From the IMG/VR virus record IMGVR_UViG_3300045988_087855: 54,165 nt of DNA. One strand, 5' to 3'. The notes under the pieces are model-generated. The model searched no databases. It was not told the DNA's origin and saw only the letters and a program-made list of their open reading frames with translations. The position numbers were made by a program, and so were the translations under genes. This stretch comes from a virus. Below, one piece after another: positions 34,946 to 44,729 of the stretch. How positions within the stretch are numbered: the stretch's first letter is position 1; the number at the start of each line of letters is the position of its first letter.

Positions 34946-37900
34946 CAGGGCGCAAGCCAAGGCATACACCATACCAGTCGGGAGCGGAAGCACCTACGCA
35001 TGGAAGAAGCAGGAGGAGGAGTACATCAGCGTGAACTTCTCCACCTCCTCCGTCCTTTCGCTCCGAAAGGGATACTACACCAACATCGAGGGACTCGGTC
35101 GCTTCGAGGTGGTGGACTTGCTAAAGCCAACTGCATCGAGCAAGGACGCAGGCTACGATTATGAACTGCGACTTGACAGACCCTGGTACAAGTTCAAGAA
35201 CCGCATCATCTTCTTTAGGATAGGCAGCGTGAACGGAATGCAAGCCAAATGGAGCAACACCGACACGCTGGAGGCGCAAGCCAGCATTCTCACCGACAAC
35301 CTCTCAAAAATTGGCTACACTTACGGAGGCAAGGAGTACATCGTATTCATCCACGATGACGTGGAGAAGAGGAACGACGCAAAGCTCATAGACTACGACA
35401 GCACCACCCTGCTCTCGGCACTTGACAAGATAGCCGAGGCTTTCGACACCGAATGGTGGATAGACAAGAATGAAATCCATTTCGGAAGATGCGAGCAAGG
35501 CGACCTGATCATAACGCTGGAGCAGCACAAGGAGCTGAACGGACTGAGTCGAAGCGAGGACAGCGAGCAGCACGGAACCAGGCTCTACGCATTTGGCTCC
35601 AGCCGTAACCTCAACCAGAACTACAGGCGCAAGCTGAAGAACCCATTCACGATAGACGGATTCCACAAGCTCTACTCCACCAAGGTGCGATTCACAACAA
35701 ACAAGCCGAAGACTTTCTACAGCGAGAAGAACCGCATCAAGATAACCAGCTACAGCAAGTACGCTGAGAAGACATACACATTCAAGGTGGTGAGCGGAAG
35801 CTACACAAACCCAGCCGCAGGACAGACCGTCTCCTGGAACAGCCCAGTCTTCGAGATAGAGGTGGACAGCATGGTGGACGCAATCGGATTCCAAAACGGA
35901 ACAGGCGTGCAGTTCATCATCGGGGACGAGACAGGAGGGCAGACGGACGCAAGCAAGACCACCATGGTCAGAGTTGAGCGAGACTACCGCCCGATTTTCT
36001 CGTTCAAGGACTTGCAACTACAGAAGAAGGCTATAACCAAGCACACCACCATCACGCTGGCAGACAAGACCGAGGCTGGAATAGAGTTCATCGGCATAGT
36101 GGCTGACGGAGACAAGAACATCAACGAAGGAAGGGACTGCTACGGACTGACGGACGAGAAGAAGCAACTCGCAGGTACAAGCCAGCAGGTCACACTCGCC
36201 CACCTCGCAATGGCATACGTCAACAAGCTCTATACAGAGCCGATAGACGGACAGGCAGACGTGGCGATACAAGGAGTGGCAGACACCATCCTCCAGTTAC
36301 CGATAGGAACACCATACATCGACAGCGACCCGAACCTCGACCCAGACGAAGTGACAGATATCGTCAAGACATACGAGGACATCTATCCAAGGGCACTGCT
36401 CACCATAACGGAGGTGACGGAGATACCAGCCAAGACAACAGACACCGACACAGGAAACGTCACCTATTGGACTGCCTACCGATTCAAGGCGAAGCTCCCA
36501 GATGGCTCTCCCTTCGTTTTCGACAGCATATACGAGACGCAGGAACAGAACAAGCCACTGAGCATCCACTTCGAGAGTGGAAAGCTGAACGGAATGGACT
36601 TCGAGGTACACTTCAACCCTGATGCGGACGTGGATGACAAGCAACTCTTCGAGATTACGAGGAACGACACCTACACGCTGGAACTGCCGAACGACACCAT
36701 GAAGCCAGCGGTCGGGGACAAGCTCTACATGTACAACATGGACATTACCTTCATTGATGACAAATTGGTGGAGGCAGCGGAAATGGAATTGAAGGCTAAG
36801 GCTGAGAAGGACATGAAGAAGATGAAGGTGGACAGCGGAACATACGAGGGAACCACGAACCCCGTGGACTTCAAGCGCAAGCAAATCGAACTGACCTACG
36901 GAAGCAAGGTGAAACTCGTCGCACCCGAATACTTCGACACCGATGACAAAGCAAGACAGAGCCGCATCATCGGATGGGAACTTGACCTCGAAGACCTCAA
37001 CCAAGGGACATACACCATCGGTGAGAGCAAGGCATACAGCAACAGCGATAGCCTGGCAAGCACGGTAAGCGAGGTGGTCTATTACAATAGCCAACTGCAG
37101 AACACCACCGCCCAGGGCAACATTCCTGCCTACGACAAGCTGATAACCGAACTTCAAAACAAGATGGAGTTCTTGGAGAAAAGGATGGACACAAAGCTGA
37201 GCAAGGTCTTCGAGGACAGCGCAAGGCAGCTCATCCAATTCAGCAAGGGCATCACAATCGGTGACTTCATCAGCGGACAATTCGGAAAGGGAGCCAGCAT
37301 CGACGGAATGGGCAACGCAGAGTTGAACAGCCTCACGATTCGAGAGTTCATCGAGACACCCGAATATAGATGCAACAGAGTAACCATTCAGATAGGCAAC
37401 CGATGGAGGGCAGCAGGCGGTGGAATCATCAAGGAGGTCATACCCGACACTGACAGCGATGGGAACCAGCTAACGACAGGAACCATCGTCCTCCACCTCC
37501 AGGACGGAGAAATAGGCAAGATTGCTGTTGATGACATTTGCCAAGGTATATGGCATGAGGGAATGAACATCGAGGACAACGAGAGCGATGACTACGACGA
37601 TGGCATAGGCAACTTCAAGTTTGCAGGGTTCTACACCGCATACTTCCGAATCACGGAAATCATCGACACCCAGCACAACAGCAGGGTGCGCTACGCATTG
37701 AGACCGAAGAGCGACACATGGCATAGCCAACACCACCCACACGATGCGATGCACTTTGTCGCATACGGCAACTTCAGCGACGAGACAAGGCAGAAGAGCC
37801 GATACAGCACGCTGACATACGAGCGATACCTTGCTGGCGTGAACAACTGGGAGTTCACGAAGGAAATGGTAGCCGCCCAATTCGGAGACTTGACGAACCT

Positions 37901-38309
37901 ATCCATTTTCGGACTCAACATGAAAGGGTACTCCGCATACCTCAACAACATATACATGAGCGGAACCATCCAGCAGTTCGAGCAGATGGGAAGGCGAATG
38001 TACATCGACCAGAGCCTGGACGGACGGATGGCTGCTGACGAGACGGAGACCGTCACAATCCAGATCCTGGACGGATACATGCAAGACCACACCAGCGAAT
38101 ATACATTCAAGGTGGAGCGAGACACAGGGGATACCGCATCGGATGCGGTCTGGAACGCAATGCCAGAGCACGCCAACTGCGGCTCCTCGTTCCAGATTTC
38201 GTTTGCAGACCTCCACATAAGCGAGAGCCACAGCGGAATCAGCACCCTGTTCTACGTCACGGCAGACGATGGAAAGGAAGCCCCGATAACGGAGCCGATA
38301 GAATATTAA
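34926..38309 (+). CDS. tail tip / baseplate hub protein (Tal-like, putative)
   Basis: 1127-aa ORF, the second gene after the tape measure. Confidence 0.6.
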   Translation: MKIQIYNRAQAKAYTIPVGSGSTYAWKKQEEEYISVNFSTSSVLSLRKGYYTNIEGLGRFEVVDLLKPTASSKDAGYDYELRLDRPWYKFKNRIIFFRIGSVNGMQAKWSNTDTLEAQASILTDNLSKIGYTYGGKEYIVFIHDDVEKRNDAKLIDYDSTTLLSALDKIAEAFDTEWWIDKNEIHFGRCEQGDLIITLEQHKELNGLSRSEDSEQHGTRLYAFGSSRNLNQNYRRKLKNPFTIDGFHKLYSTKVRFTTNKPKTFYSEKNRIKITSYSKYAEKTYTFKVVSGSYTNPAAGQTVSWNSPVFEIEVDSMVDAIGFQNGTGVQFIIGDETGGQTDASKTTMVRVERDYRPIFSFKDLQLQKKAITKHTTITLADKTEAGIEFIGIVADGDKNINEGRDCYGLTDEKKQLAGTSQQVTLAHLAMAYVNKLYTEPIDGQADVAIQGVADTILQLPIGTPYIDSDPNLDPDEVTDIVKTYEDIYPRALLTITEVTEIPAKTTDTDTGNVTYWTAYRFKAKLPDGSPFVFDSIYETQEQNKPLSIHFESGKLNGMDFEVHFNPDADVDDKQLFEITRNDTYTLELPNDTMKPAVGDKLYMYNMDITFIDDKLVEAAEMELKAKAEKDMKKMKVDSGTYEGTTNPVDFKRKQIELTYGSKVKLVAPEYFDTDDKARQSRIIGWELDLEDLNQGTYTIGESKAYSNSDSLASTVSEVVYYNSQLQNTTAQGNIPAYDKLITELQNKMEFLEKRMDTKLSKVFEDSARQLIQFSKGITIGDFISGQFGKGASIDGMGNAELNSLTIREFIETPEYRCNRVTIQIGNRWRAAGGGIIKEVIPDTDSDGNQLTTGTIVLHLQDGEIGKIAVDDICQGIWHEGMNIEDNESDDYDDGIGNFKFAGFYTAYFRITEIIDTQHNSRVRYALRPKSDTWHSQHHPHDAMHFVAYGNFSDETRQKSRYSTLTYERYLAGVNNWEFTKEMVAAQFGDLTNLSIFGLNMKGYSAYLNNIYMSGTIQQFEQMGRRMYIDQSLDGRMAADETETVTIQILDGYMQDHTSEYTFKVERDTGDTASDAVWNAMPEHANCGSSFQISFADLHISESHSGISTLFYVTADDGKEAPITEPIEY

Positions 38310-38334
38310 CTTTAAAAGCAATAGGAGAACGAGA

Positions 38335-39606
38335 ATGGCAACAAAGAAAAGGACATTCCAATCGGAGCGAAAGCACACGAGGCTCGACTTCTCGCCATTG
38401 GCAATAACCTGCGAGTTGGTCTGCATCACGGCTGACTCGCCAACGGCACAGACAGCCAACACCGCTCTGAACCAGTTCGAGCCAGACCGAGGGATTACAC
38501 CGACAATCATCAGACCGCAGACCACGGTCAATGACCCCGACGGCATCTACACATCGGGAATCAACAACCACAACCTGGCGAGCGACCAGCACGAGTGGTT
38601 TGTGAACGGCACGCCAATCGCCAAGGCTTGGAAGCAGGGAACTGACTACGATATCATCAAGGACGCAACCGAGGACAACGGCAGCTTGAAGATTATGCGC
38701 AACATCATCCCTGGTGAAGTTGCGACCCTTTCCTACAGAGGAAAGTTCAACGATTTCAGAACAGGAACCAACTACAACGTGGAAGCCAGCGGAATGGCAC
38801 TCACCACCACGGACAAGGGAGGCAACAAGATAGCCTGCTCCGTGGACTGCGAGCAAATCACCTACGACCCACTGAAGGACGAGCTGCTCCTTTATGAATA
38901 CCTGGTCGCTGAGGGTATCGAAAAGGCAGGGCAAAGGGACAAGTTCATCAACGGCAAGAGCTACGAACGCTCGGTCAGCGTGACGCTCACGCAAGGAGAC
39001 GCAACCATCACCACCCTGCCAACAGGACTGACAATGCGCCTTGTGGAACGAGGCAAGAGCACAGCCCTCACGGCAGGAACGCTCCAGCACCCAGAAATCA
39101 AGTCCATAGCATTCCCGAACATCGCCTTCGACTTGCGATTCACATGGAGTCAGGAGTTCGAGGTTCAGTTTGTGGACGCAAGCGGCAACGTTAAGACAAG
39201 CTGCGGAATCAGCCTACAAAGGGACATGAGCATCCTCACCCAGCACGACGTGGCGAGAGGAAACGACATCGTGCAAGGACAGCAGCGTTACTTCAACTAC
39301 GGCATCTTTGCCACAGGCTCGCAACCCATCCAATACCCAGAGCTCTACTACAGCATCAGATGGTGGACGCAGGCAAGAGTTTATGACTCGGTATCCAAAA
39401 GCTACAAGTTCGCAGAGAAAATCGAGAGACAGGAAGGTCAGAGCATAGAATGCAGCGTGGACTCCCTCGGCATTGGCTACGAGAAGAACCTTTGCTGGTT
39501 CGACGTGGGCATGGACATCGAGGAACGAGACGTGGCTGCAATCATGACAACCGAGGATGAGAGCAGCATCCTCACCGACGAGAACGGCAACATTTATATC
39601 ATATAG
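38335..39606 (+). CDS. tail tip/baseplate protein (putative)
   Basis: 423-aa ORF in the tail module. Confidence 0.5.
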   Translation: MATKKRTFQSERKHTRLDFSPLAITCELVCITADSPTAQTANTALNQFEPDRGITPTIIRPQTTVNDPDGIYTSGINNHNLASDQHEWFVNGTPIAKAWKQGTDYDIIKDATEDNGSLKIMRNIIPGEVATLSYRGKFNDFRTGTNYNVEASGMALTTTDKGGNKIACSVDCEQITYDPLKDELLLYEYLVAEGIEKAGQRDKFINGKSYERSVSVTLTQGDATITTLPTGLTMRLVERGKSTALTAGTLQHPEIKSIAFPNIAFDLRFTWSQEFEVQFVDASGNVKTSCGISLQRDMSILTQHDVARGNDIVQGQQRYFNYGIFATGSQPIQYPELYYSIRWWTQARVYDSVSKSYKFAEKIERQEGQSIECSVDSLGIGYEKNLCWFDVGMDIEERDVAAIMTTEDESSILTDENGNIYII

Positions 39607-39607
39607 A

Positions 39608-39820
39608 ATGAGATACGCAATAGTCGAGACAGAGAAGGCAGAAGCCAAGGGGCTGAAAGCCAAACACCATCGAACGAACAACACAGGCTCGAAGATGGCA
39701 GTGAACGAGAATGAATTGCTGAAGGTGGACAAGAACCCAGAGACAGCGGCAACGCTGCTCGGAGGCAAGCTCCAAGACCTGGAGCAATTCAAGGTTGAAC
39801 TTCAAAAATGGGACGAATAA
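39608..39820 (+). CDS. hypothetical small protein
   Basis: ATG at 39608 within ORF 39557-39820. Confidence 0.4.
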   Translation: MRYAIVETEKAEAKGLKAKHHRTNNTGSKMAVNENELLKVDKNPETAATLLGGKLQDLEQFKVELQKWDE

Positions 39821-39823
39821 GGA

Positions 39824-40924
39824 ATGGCAAACAAAATTAAGGGAGCGTTCACGGTGCGCTTCATCAGAACAGGCGACCAAATCTACGTCGAAAAGACCAT
39901 CGTGAAATTTGACAAGAACGGCACGGAAAGCGGAGGCTCGCTCTTCCAGGCAATCGATCCGACAAACGGAGGTCTGTCCGTTGATTGGAAGACAAGCATC
40001 TACGAGCAGCCAGCACTCAAGATAGGAATCAAGAGCGCAGTCGGCAACCCAGTGACGATAACCGACATCAAGTGGACATACCGAGGGACGCAGCTTGCAT
40101 TCAACGCAAGTCCTGCCACAACAGGAAACTACGCAGGCTGGAACCTATCCACTGACGGAAAGTTTGCAAAGAAGGAGACAGACGGATTCTGCTACCTCCG
40201 AGTGATTGACAACATCGCCAGCACCACCATCGTCTCCAACCAGATCATCGGCTACGAGGTCAGCTACATCAGCAACAACGTGAGAGACACCATAGCAGGA
40301 ACAGAAGATATCCTCATCCAGCAGGCAGGAGCGGACAGCTACTCAATCAACATCACCACGGCTTGCAGCACGCTGAACGCAACAACCACAAGCACCACCC
40401 TCACGGCAACCTACCTCTACGGAGTTAAGCCGATTTCAGACTCCGAGTTTGCCGCAAATTGGAAGCTGGAGTGGTACAAGGATTTCGTCCTCATAGACGG
40501 ACAGAACGGAAAGACGCTGAAAGTGACGAGGGATGATGTGGATGGCAGCTCAGTATTCAGCGTTAAGCTCCTGCACAAGGAAGGAGACACCTGGGCAGTG
40601 AAGGCTGTGGACGCACAGAGAGTGACTGACGATGCCGACGAGTGGACGATTGACGCAGAACCCGATGGAGCAAACCCAGATGCGATATCAAAGACCAGCA
40701 ACGCCAAGTTTGTACTGAAGCTGAAACAGAACGGCACAGCATACACAGGCAGCACCACCTGGACGTGGGACGTTTACAACGCACTCAACGCAAAGACCTA
40801 CAGCGGAACAGGAGCGAACGTAACGCTTACAGCGGAAATGGCGAAATGCACGCCAGACGCAAACAACACCGACAAGAGTTATTTTTCAGACGTGGCTGTC
40901 GAGGTTTCGGCAGCGTTATCATAA
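39824..40924 (+). CDS. tail fibre-associated structural protein (putative)
   Basis: 366 aa, S/T/N-rich and beta-type in composition. Its N-terminus KGAFTVRF resembles that of the 44730 fibre (KGAFTCRW). Confidence 0.5.
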   Translation: MANKIKGAFTVRFIRTGDQIYVEKTIVKFDKNGTESGGSLFQAIDPTNGGLSVDWKTSIYEQPALKIGIKSAVGNPVTITDIKWTYRGTQLAFNASPATTGNYAGWNLSTDGKFAKKETDGFCYLRVIDNIASTTIVSNQIIGYEVSYISNNVRDTIAGTEDILIQQAGADSYSINITTACSTLNATTTSTTLTATYLYGVKPISDSEFAANWKLEWYKDFVLIDGQNGKTLKVTRDDVDGSSVFSVKLLHKEGDTWAVKAVDAQRVTDDADEWTIDAEPDGANPDAISKTSNAKFVLKLKQNGTAYTGSTTWTWDVYNALNAKTYSGTGANVTLTAEMAKCTPDANNTDKSYFSDVAVEVSAALS

Positions 40925-40939
40925 AGAAGGAGACAGAAA

Positions 40940-42310
40940 ATGAGTTATCAAAAAATTACACAGGCGACAATCGCCACGACACTGAGCAATTCAGATTACA
41001 TCTTCGTGATGGCAGGGGGAACGCTTAAGCGCATCACACTCGACAACCTCAGAGCCATGATGGAGGAGAACCAGCAGCAGTTCCTGGACGAGAACGCATT
41101 CTACATCGAGGAGAACACCGCAGCAAGCAAGGGCTCTGCATACTGCGAGACAGGAGGCAGCAGCCTCATGCGACAGATTTGGCTCTCGAAGATTTGCGCC
41201 ATATTGATGACGCAGGACGGACACTTCACGAAACTCAACCCAGCCGACCACCGATACACTGCGGACGGAGACCAAGTGGTGAAGAACGGAGCCGTGGTGG
41301 ACGCATACAAGAACGCAGACTGGTTCGGAATGCTTGAAGGCGGTTATTGGAACTACCTGCAAGAGGTAACCATCAGCGGAGTGAAGCATATCCGACACCA
41401 CATATCGCTCACGCCACTGCCAGGTGGCTGGTTTACGCAGAACATACCAGCAGGCATGTTCAAATGCGTGATTCAGAACGGACAGATGCGAAGCATACCA
41501 TTTGTGGTACCAAGCGGAGGCAGCAACATCAACCAATTCTTCAACTACGCACAAGCACGAAGCAAGAACCATGGACTTGCAGGCGAGCCATTCCGCAACT
41601 TCCTCCTTCAGTACATGATGGGCAAGTACGGATACAGAGACATTCAAAACTTGGCGGCATCCGATGGTACAAAGATTTTCGGCTGCGGTTTGGACGGAAC
41701 AGAGAAGAGCGCATCTTCAACATTGGGTGACGGATTCGCAAGACAGAGAAACATCAAGACAGGAGCCTGCCTCGCTCTTGGATACAGCGACGGAAAGGTG
41801 GTGGTCAAGGACGCAGACAACTACGCCTGCCACAGCGTGAACGTGGGAGTATGGGAAAACCCATATGGGCAATATTGGGAAATGGACGGACACCTATGCA
41901 GCGTAGGTACCGACGTTTACCAATGGGACGGCAACTTCTTGCCTACAGGAACACCGACAGCGGACAGCTTTGCTGCGGTCAAGCACACCAAGATGACAAG
42001 ACTCGCAGCCGAAGGTTCAAGCGATGCCGACATCACCCTTATCACCACCAAGGGAGCGCAGCACATGAGCTACGTGCCTACCAAGCAGCATACAGGCATC
42101 ACCTACGGAGACCACTACTGGTACAATGCAAGTGGACAGCTGTGGTTTGGTGGCGGCTACTCGTCCTACGGTGCGATTTGCGGTCTCGCTTCTGCGTACT
42201 CGAGCAGCGCCTGGTCGTGTGCGTTTGCGTACGTCTCGGCTCGGCTTGATTTTCATGGTGACCTCACGGAAGTGACATCAGCCGAACTGAAAAGACTCCT
42301 TGCAAGTTAA
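40940..42310 (+). CDS. DGR target protein: tail receptor-binding protein with C-terminal variable region (VR1)
   Basis: 456 aa. C-terminal ...GQLWFGGGYSSYGAICGLASAYSSSAWSCAFAYVSARLDF is encoded by VR1. The gene lies in the tail fibre block immediately upstream of the TR and RT. Confidence 0.85.
   Translation: MSYQKITQATIATTLSNSDYIFVMAGGTLKRITLDNLRAMMEENQQQFLDENAFYIEENTAASKGSAYCETGGSSLMRQIWLSKICAILMTQDGHFTKLNPADHRYTADGDQVVKNGAVVDAYKNADWFGMLEGGYWNYLQEVTISGVKHIRHHISLTPLPGGWFTQNIPAGMFKCVIQNGQMRSIPFVVPSGGSNINQFFNYAQARSKNHGLAGEPFRNFLLQYMMGKYGYRDIQNLAASDGTKIFGCGLDGTEKSASSTLGDGFARQRNIKTGACLALGYSDGKVVVKDADNYACHSVNVGVWENPYGQYWEMDGHLCSVGTDVYQWDGNFLPTGTPTADSFAAVKHTKMTRLAAEGSSDADITLITTKGAQHMSYVPTKQHTGITYGDHYWYNASGQLWFGGGYSSYGAICGLASAYSSSAWSCAFAYVSARLDFHGDLTEVTSAELKRLLAS
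42134..42247 (+). repeat. DGR variable repeat VR1
   Basis: 114-nt gap-free alignment to TR 42462-42575. All 18 differences fall at TR adenines. Confidence 0.9.
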
Positions 42311-42461
42311 GACAAGGAACAAAACGAGAGAACAAACAAAAAAAAACAAACAAGAAAAGGTAACTTCAAAGGGGACGTGGGGGATTTCCCCCACCCGCCA
42401 ATGATGCCCCAGAATAAAGAAACCCCTCGCCCAAGCTCGTGGCGAGGTAGGCAAAGGAAAA

Positions 42462-42575
42462 GGACAGCTGTGGATTGGTGGCGGCAACTCGAACAACGGT
42501 GCGAATTGCGGTCTCGCTTATGCGAACTCGAACAACGCCTGGTCGAATGCGAATGCGAACATCTCGGCTCGAATT
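42462..42575 (+). repeat. DGR template repeat (TR)
   Basis: A non-coding copy of VR1 and VR2 rich in AAC/AAT codons (reads GGGNSNNGANCGLAYANSNNAWSNANANISARI in the VR frame). It lies 277 nt upstream of the RT gene. Confidence 0.9.
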
Positions 42576-42852
42576 ACTTCTACGTTTTCGGAGACGGAAA
42601 CGAAAAACAAATAAGGACATGAGTACTGCGTCATGGGAAAGTGTCCGCCTTTTCTGAGCCTCGGCAGCTGGTGCATAAGTACAGCCAGTGATGAGCCGAA
42701 ACAAATCGAACTTGCGCAGGCAACGCCCAGCGACCTGCCCGTGGTGTTAGTAAATCCGAACCGAGGATGGTCGGAAGTTGAAAGCTCTGCACAGAGAGAA
42801 GCAAGCCCAACGAGAACAGATACGAGCAACAACTTGATAAAGACGAAAGACA
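42576..42852 (+). ncRNA. DGR spacer region between TR and RT (probable structured part of the DGR RNA)
   Basis: No convincing CDS. Several local inverted repeats: CGTTTTC-GGAGAC-GGAAACG at 42583-42602, GGACATGA...TCATG...TGTCC at about 42606-42637, and CCGA...TCGG at about 42756-42774. Confidence 0.4.
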
Positions 42853-44265
42853 ATGCCGAAAAGACAAGGATACATATATGATGACATGTGGCAATGGGAG
42901 ACCTTGAAGGAATCCGACAGGGTATCGACCAGACGCAAGAAGAACTACGGAGTCAAGAAGCACAGGAAGCAATGGCTCAAAGACCTCGTGGAAGTCCAGG
43001 GCATCATCCATGACAGGAAGATGCGCACGGACGAATACAAGCACATGACGCTGAAGAACGGAAAGAAGGAGCGAGACATCAGCAAGCTCAACTTCCACCC
43101 GAACCACATCGAGCACCAAAGCCTGGTCTTAGTAAGCCACGACAGAATAGAGCGCACATTAATCTCGCACACTTATGCGTCAAGGATTGGCTACGGACAG
43201 ATAGCGGCTGCGCTTCAAGTCAAAAGATGGCTGCGAGAGCAAGGGAACGGATGCCTATGGTACGCACAGGGCGACATTTGCCATTATTACGCCAACATCC
43301 TGCACCAACTGCTCAGAAGGAACATGGAGCACCTATTCAAGGACAAGGAGTTCATCGACGCATACATGGAGCCGTTCGAGAGGTTCGCCCCAGATGGAAA
43401 GGGCATACCGCTGGGCATAAGACCCAGCCAGGACAGCGGCAACATTTCGCTGATGACATTCGACAGGTTCATGAAGGAGGAGGCGAAGGCGCACCTTTAT
43501 ATCCGATACCTCGATGATTTCGTCATATTCGGAAAGACGAAGGGAGAGGTGAAATGGAAGATGAAGAGAGCGATAGCATTCTTGAAGGATCTGGGATTCG
43601 AGGCACACGAGCCAAAGATTCGCCCGATAAGCGAGGGCTTGGATTTCCTCGGTTTCGTTTCCTACGAGGGAGGTAACATGTTTTGGAGGAAAAGCGACAA
43701 GGTGAGCTGGCTCAAGAGAAGAGCGAAGGTCACGAACAAGCGAAGACTCCGTGAGATAGACGCAGCAGCATGGGGCATGATAAAATGGGGAAACAGACAT
43801 TGCAAAAGACTTTATAAGATGGAAACAGGAATCAACTTACAAGACCTCGGCATCAAGATGCCAGAGAAGAAGGACAAGAACGGAAAGCGAATCATCGACT
43901 CTCCAAAGATTACGACGGCACTCATCCTCAACAAGGAGATAGAGGTCATCGATTGGGTGAAGGACGTGCAGACGAGCTACGGGGCAGGACGATACGCAGT
44001 GGAGATTGTCTTCTACGGAAGCAAGCAGAAACTCATCGTGAACAGCCCATCGATGAAGCAGCTCATCGACGCTTTCGACACCAACCACGTGACGAGCTTC
44101 AAGACTGTGGTCATTGACAAGGGAGGCTCGCACTTCGAGTTCAGCCAGGTCAAGATTCTCACAATAGATGGCAGACCTGTCGCCAAGCAGAACGACGGCA
44201 AGCTGATATACACCGACAACAACGAGGTCGTAGACCTCACCATGTTTAACAACCAAACAAAGTAG
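42853..44265 (+). CDS. DGR reverse transcriptase with a C-terminal extension of about 130 aa
   Basis: The RT motifs are IPLGIRPSQDSGNISL (a DGR-type [LI]GxxxSQ) and YIRYLDDFVIFG (YxDD). At 470 aa it is longer than typical DGR RTs. Confidence 0.9.
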   Translation: MPKRQGYIYDDMWQWETLKESDRVSTRRKKNYGVKKHRKQWLKDLVEVQGIIHDRKMRTDEYKHMTLKNGKKERDISKLNFHPNHIEHQSLVLVSHDRIERTLISHTYASRIGYGQIAAALQVKRWLREQGNGCLWYAQGDICHYYANILHQLLRRNMEHLFKDKEFIDAYMEPFERFAPDGKGIPLGIRPSQDSGNISLMTFDRFMKEEAKAHLYIRYLDDFVIFGKTKGEVKWKMKRAIAFLKDLGFEAHEPKIRPISEGLDFLGFVSYEGGNMFWRKSDKVSWLKRRAKVTNKRRLREIDAAAWGMIKWGNRHCKRLYKMETGINLQDLGIKMPEKKDKNGKRIIDSPKITTALILNKEIEVIDWVKDVQTSYGAGRYAVEIVFYGSKQKLIVNSPSMKQLIDAFDTNHVTSFKTVVIDKGGSHFEFSQVKILTIDGRPVAKQNDGKLIYTDNNEVVDLTMFNNQTK

Positions 44266-44276
44266 GAGGCAGAAAA

Positions 44277-44714
44277 ATGAAACAGCAGTACGGAAACATC
44301 AGAAGAACGTTCATGGAGCAGAAGCCAGAGGTGTACGACCGAAAGACACGCATCGCCTACATGGACTTCACAGCGGACACCCAGGAGAAGACCGACAACG
44401 CCAGCCAGGACACCGACAAGGCTAAGGGCAAGGAAGAGAAGACCACCATCGAGGGATTCAGCGGCTTTGTCATTCAGACCGACGGCATCATGGACTACGC
44501 CCACATCAAGAGCCAGCTCGTGGAGGCGGCATACCCACAGAAGGAAGAGCACGCCCTGGCATTCAATACCATCGACGCATTGCTGAAGAAGGTGGACGGA
44601 GTGGAACTGACCGAGGAAGAGAGCCAAGACCTCGCCAACTACAAGGACTTCTCGGAATACCGAGCATTGTGCGCCAACTGCGCCCACGCCATCATCGACA
44701 ACTTATTCACTTAA
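44277..44714 (+). CDS. hypothetical protein
   Basis: 145-aa acidic ORF between the RT and the tail fibre gene. Confidence 0.55.
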   Translation: MKQQYGNIRRTFMEQKPEVYDRKTRIAYMDFTADTQEKTDNASQDTDKAKGKEEKTTIEGFSGFVIQTDGIMDYAHIKSQLVEAAYPQKEEHALAFNTIDALLKKVDGVELTEEESQDLANYKDFSEYRALCANCAHAIIDNLFT

Positions 44715-44729
44715 AACAAGAGACCCACC

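Noticed and set aside
42264-42275. Short stem-loops just after the VRs (TCAC-GGAA-GTGA at 42264-42275; CTTG-CACA-CAAG at 6991-7002), considered as DGR homing hairpins.
   Set aside because: The stems are only 4 bp and are placed at different distances from the two VR ends. This is too weak to call without folding statistics or conservation.
42366-42704. ORFs covering the template repeat and its flanks (42377-42622 +, 42475-42657 +, 42366-42704 -, 42278-42496 -).
   Set aside because: The region is the non-coding DGR TR plus hairpin-rich flanks. These ORFs are frame artefacts of a copied VR sequence, and the same off-frame peptides appear over VR1 and VR2.
42633-42881. 82-aa ORF in the TR-RT spacer, considered as a possible Avd accessory gene.
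   Set aside because: It has no helical-bundle-like sequence, its composition is S/P/T-rich, and it overlaps the RT start. The segment is full of local inverted repeats and is better explained as structured DGR spacer RNA.
44277-44714. 145-aa protein downstream of the RT, considered as an Avd homologue.
   Set aside because: It is acidic with a disordered-looking N-terminal half and shows no similarity I can recognise to Avd-type four-helix bundles. It is kept only as a speculative candidate in the findings.
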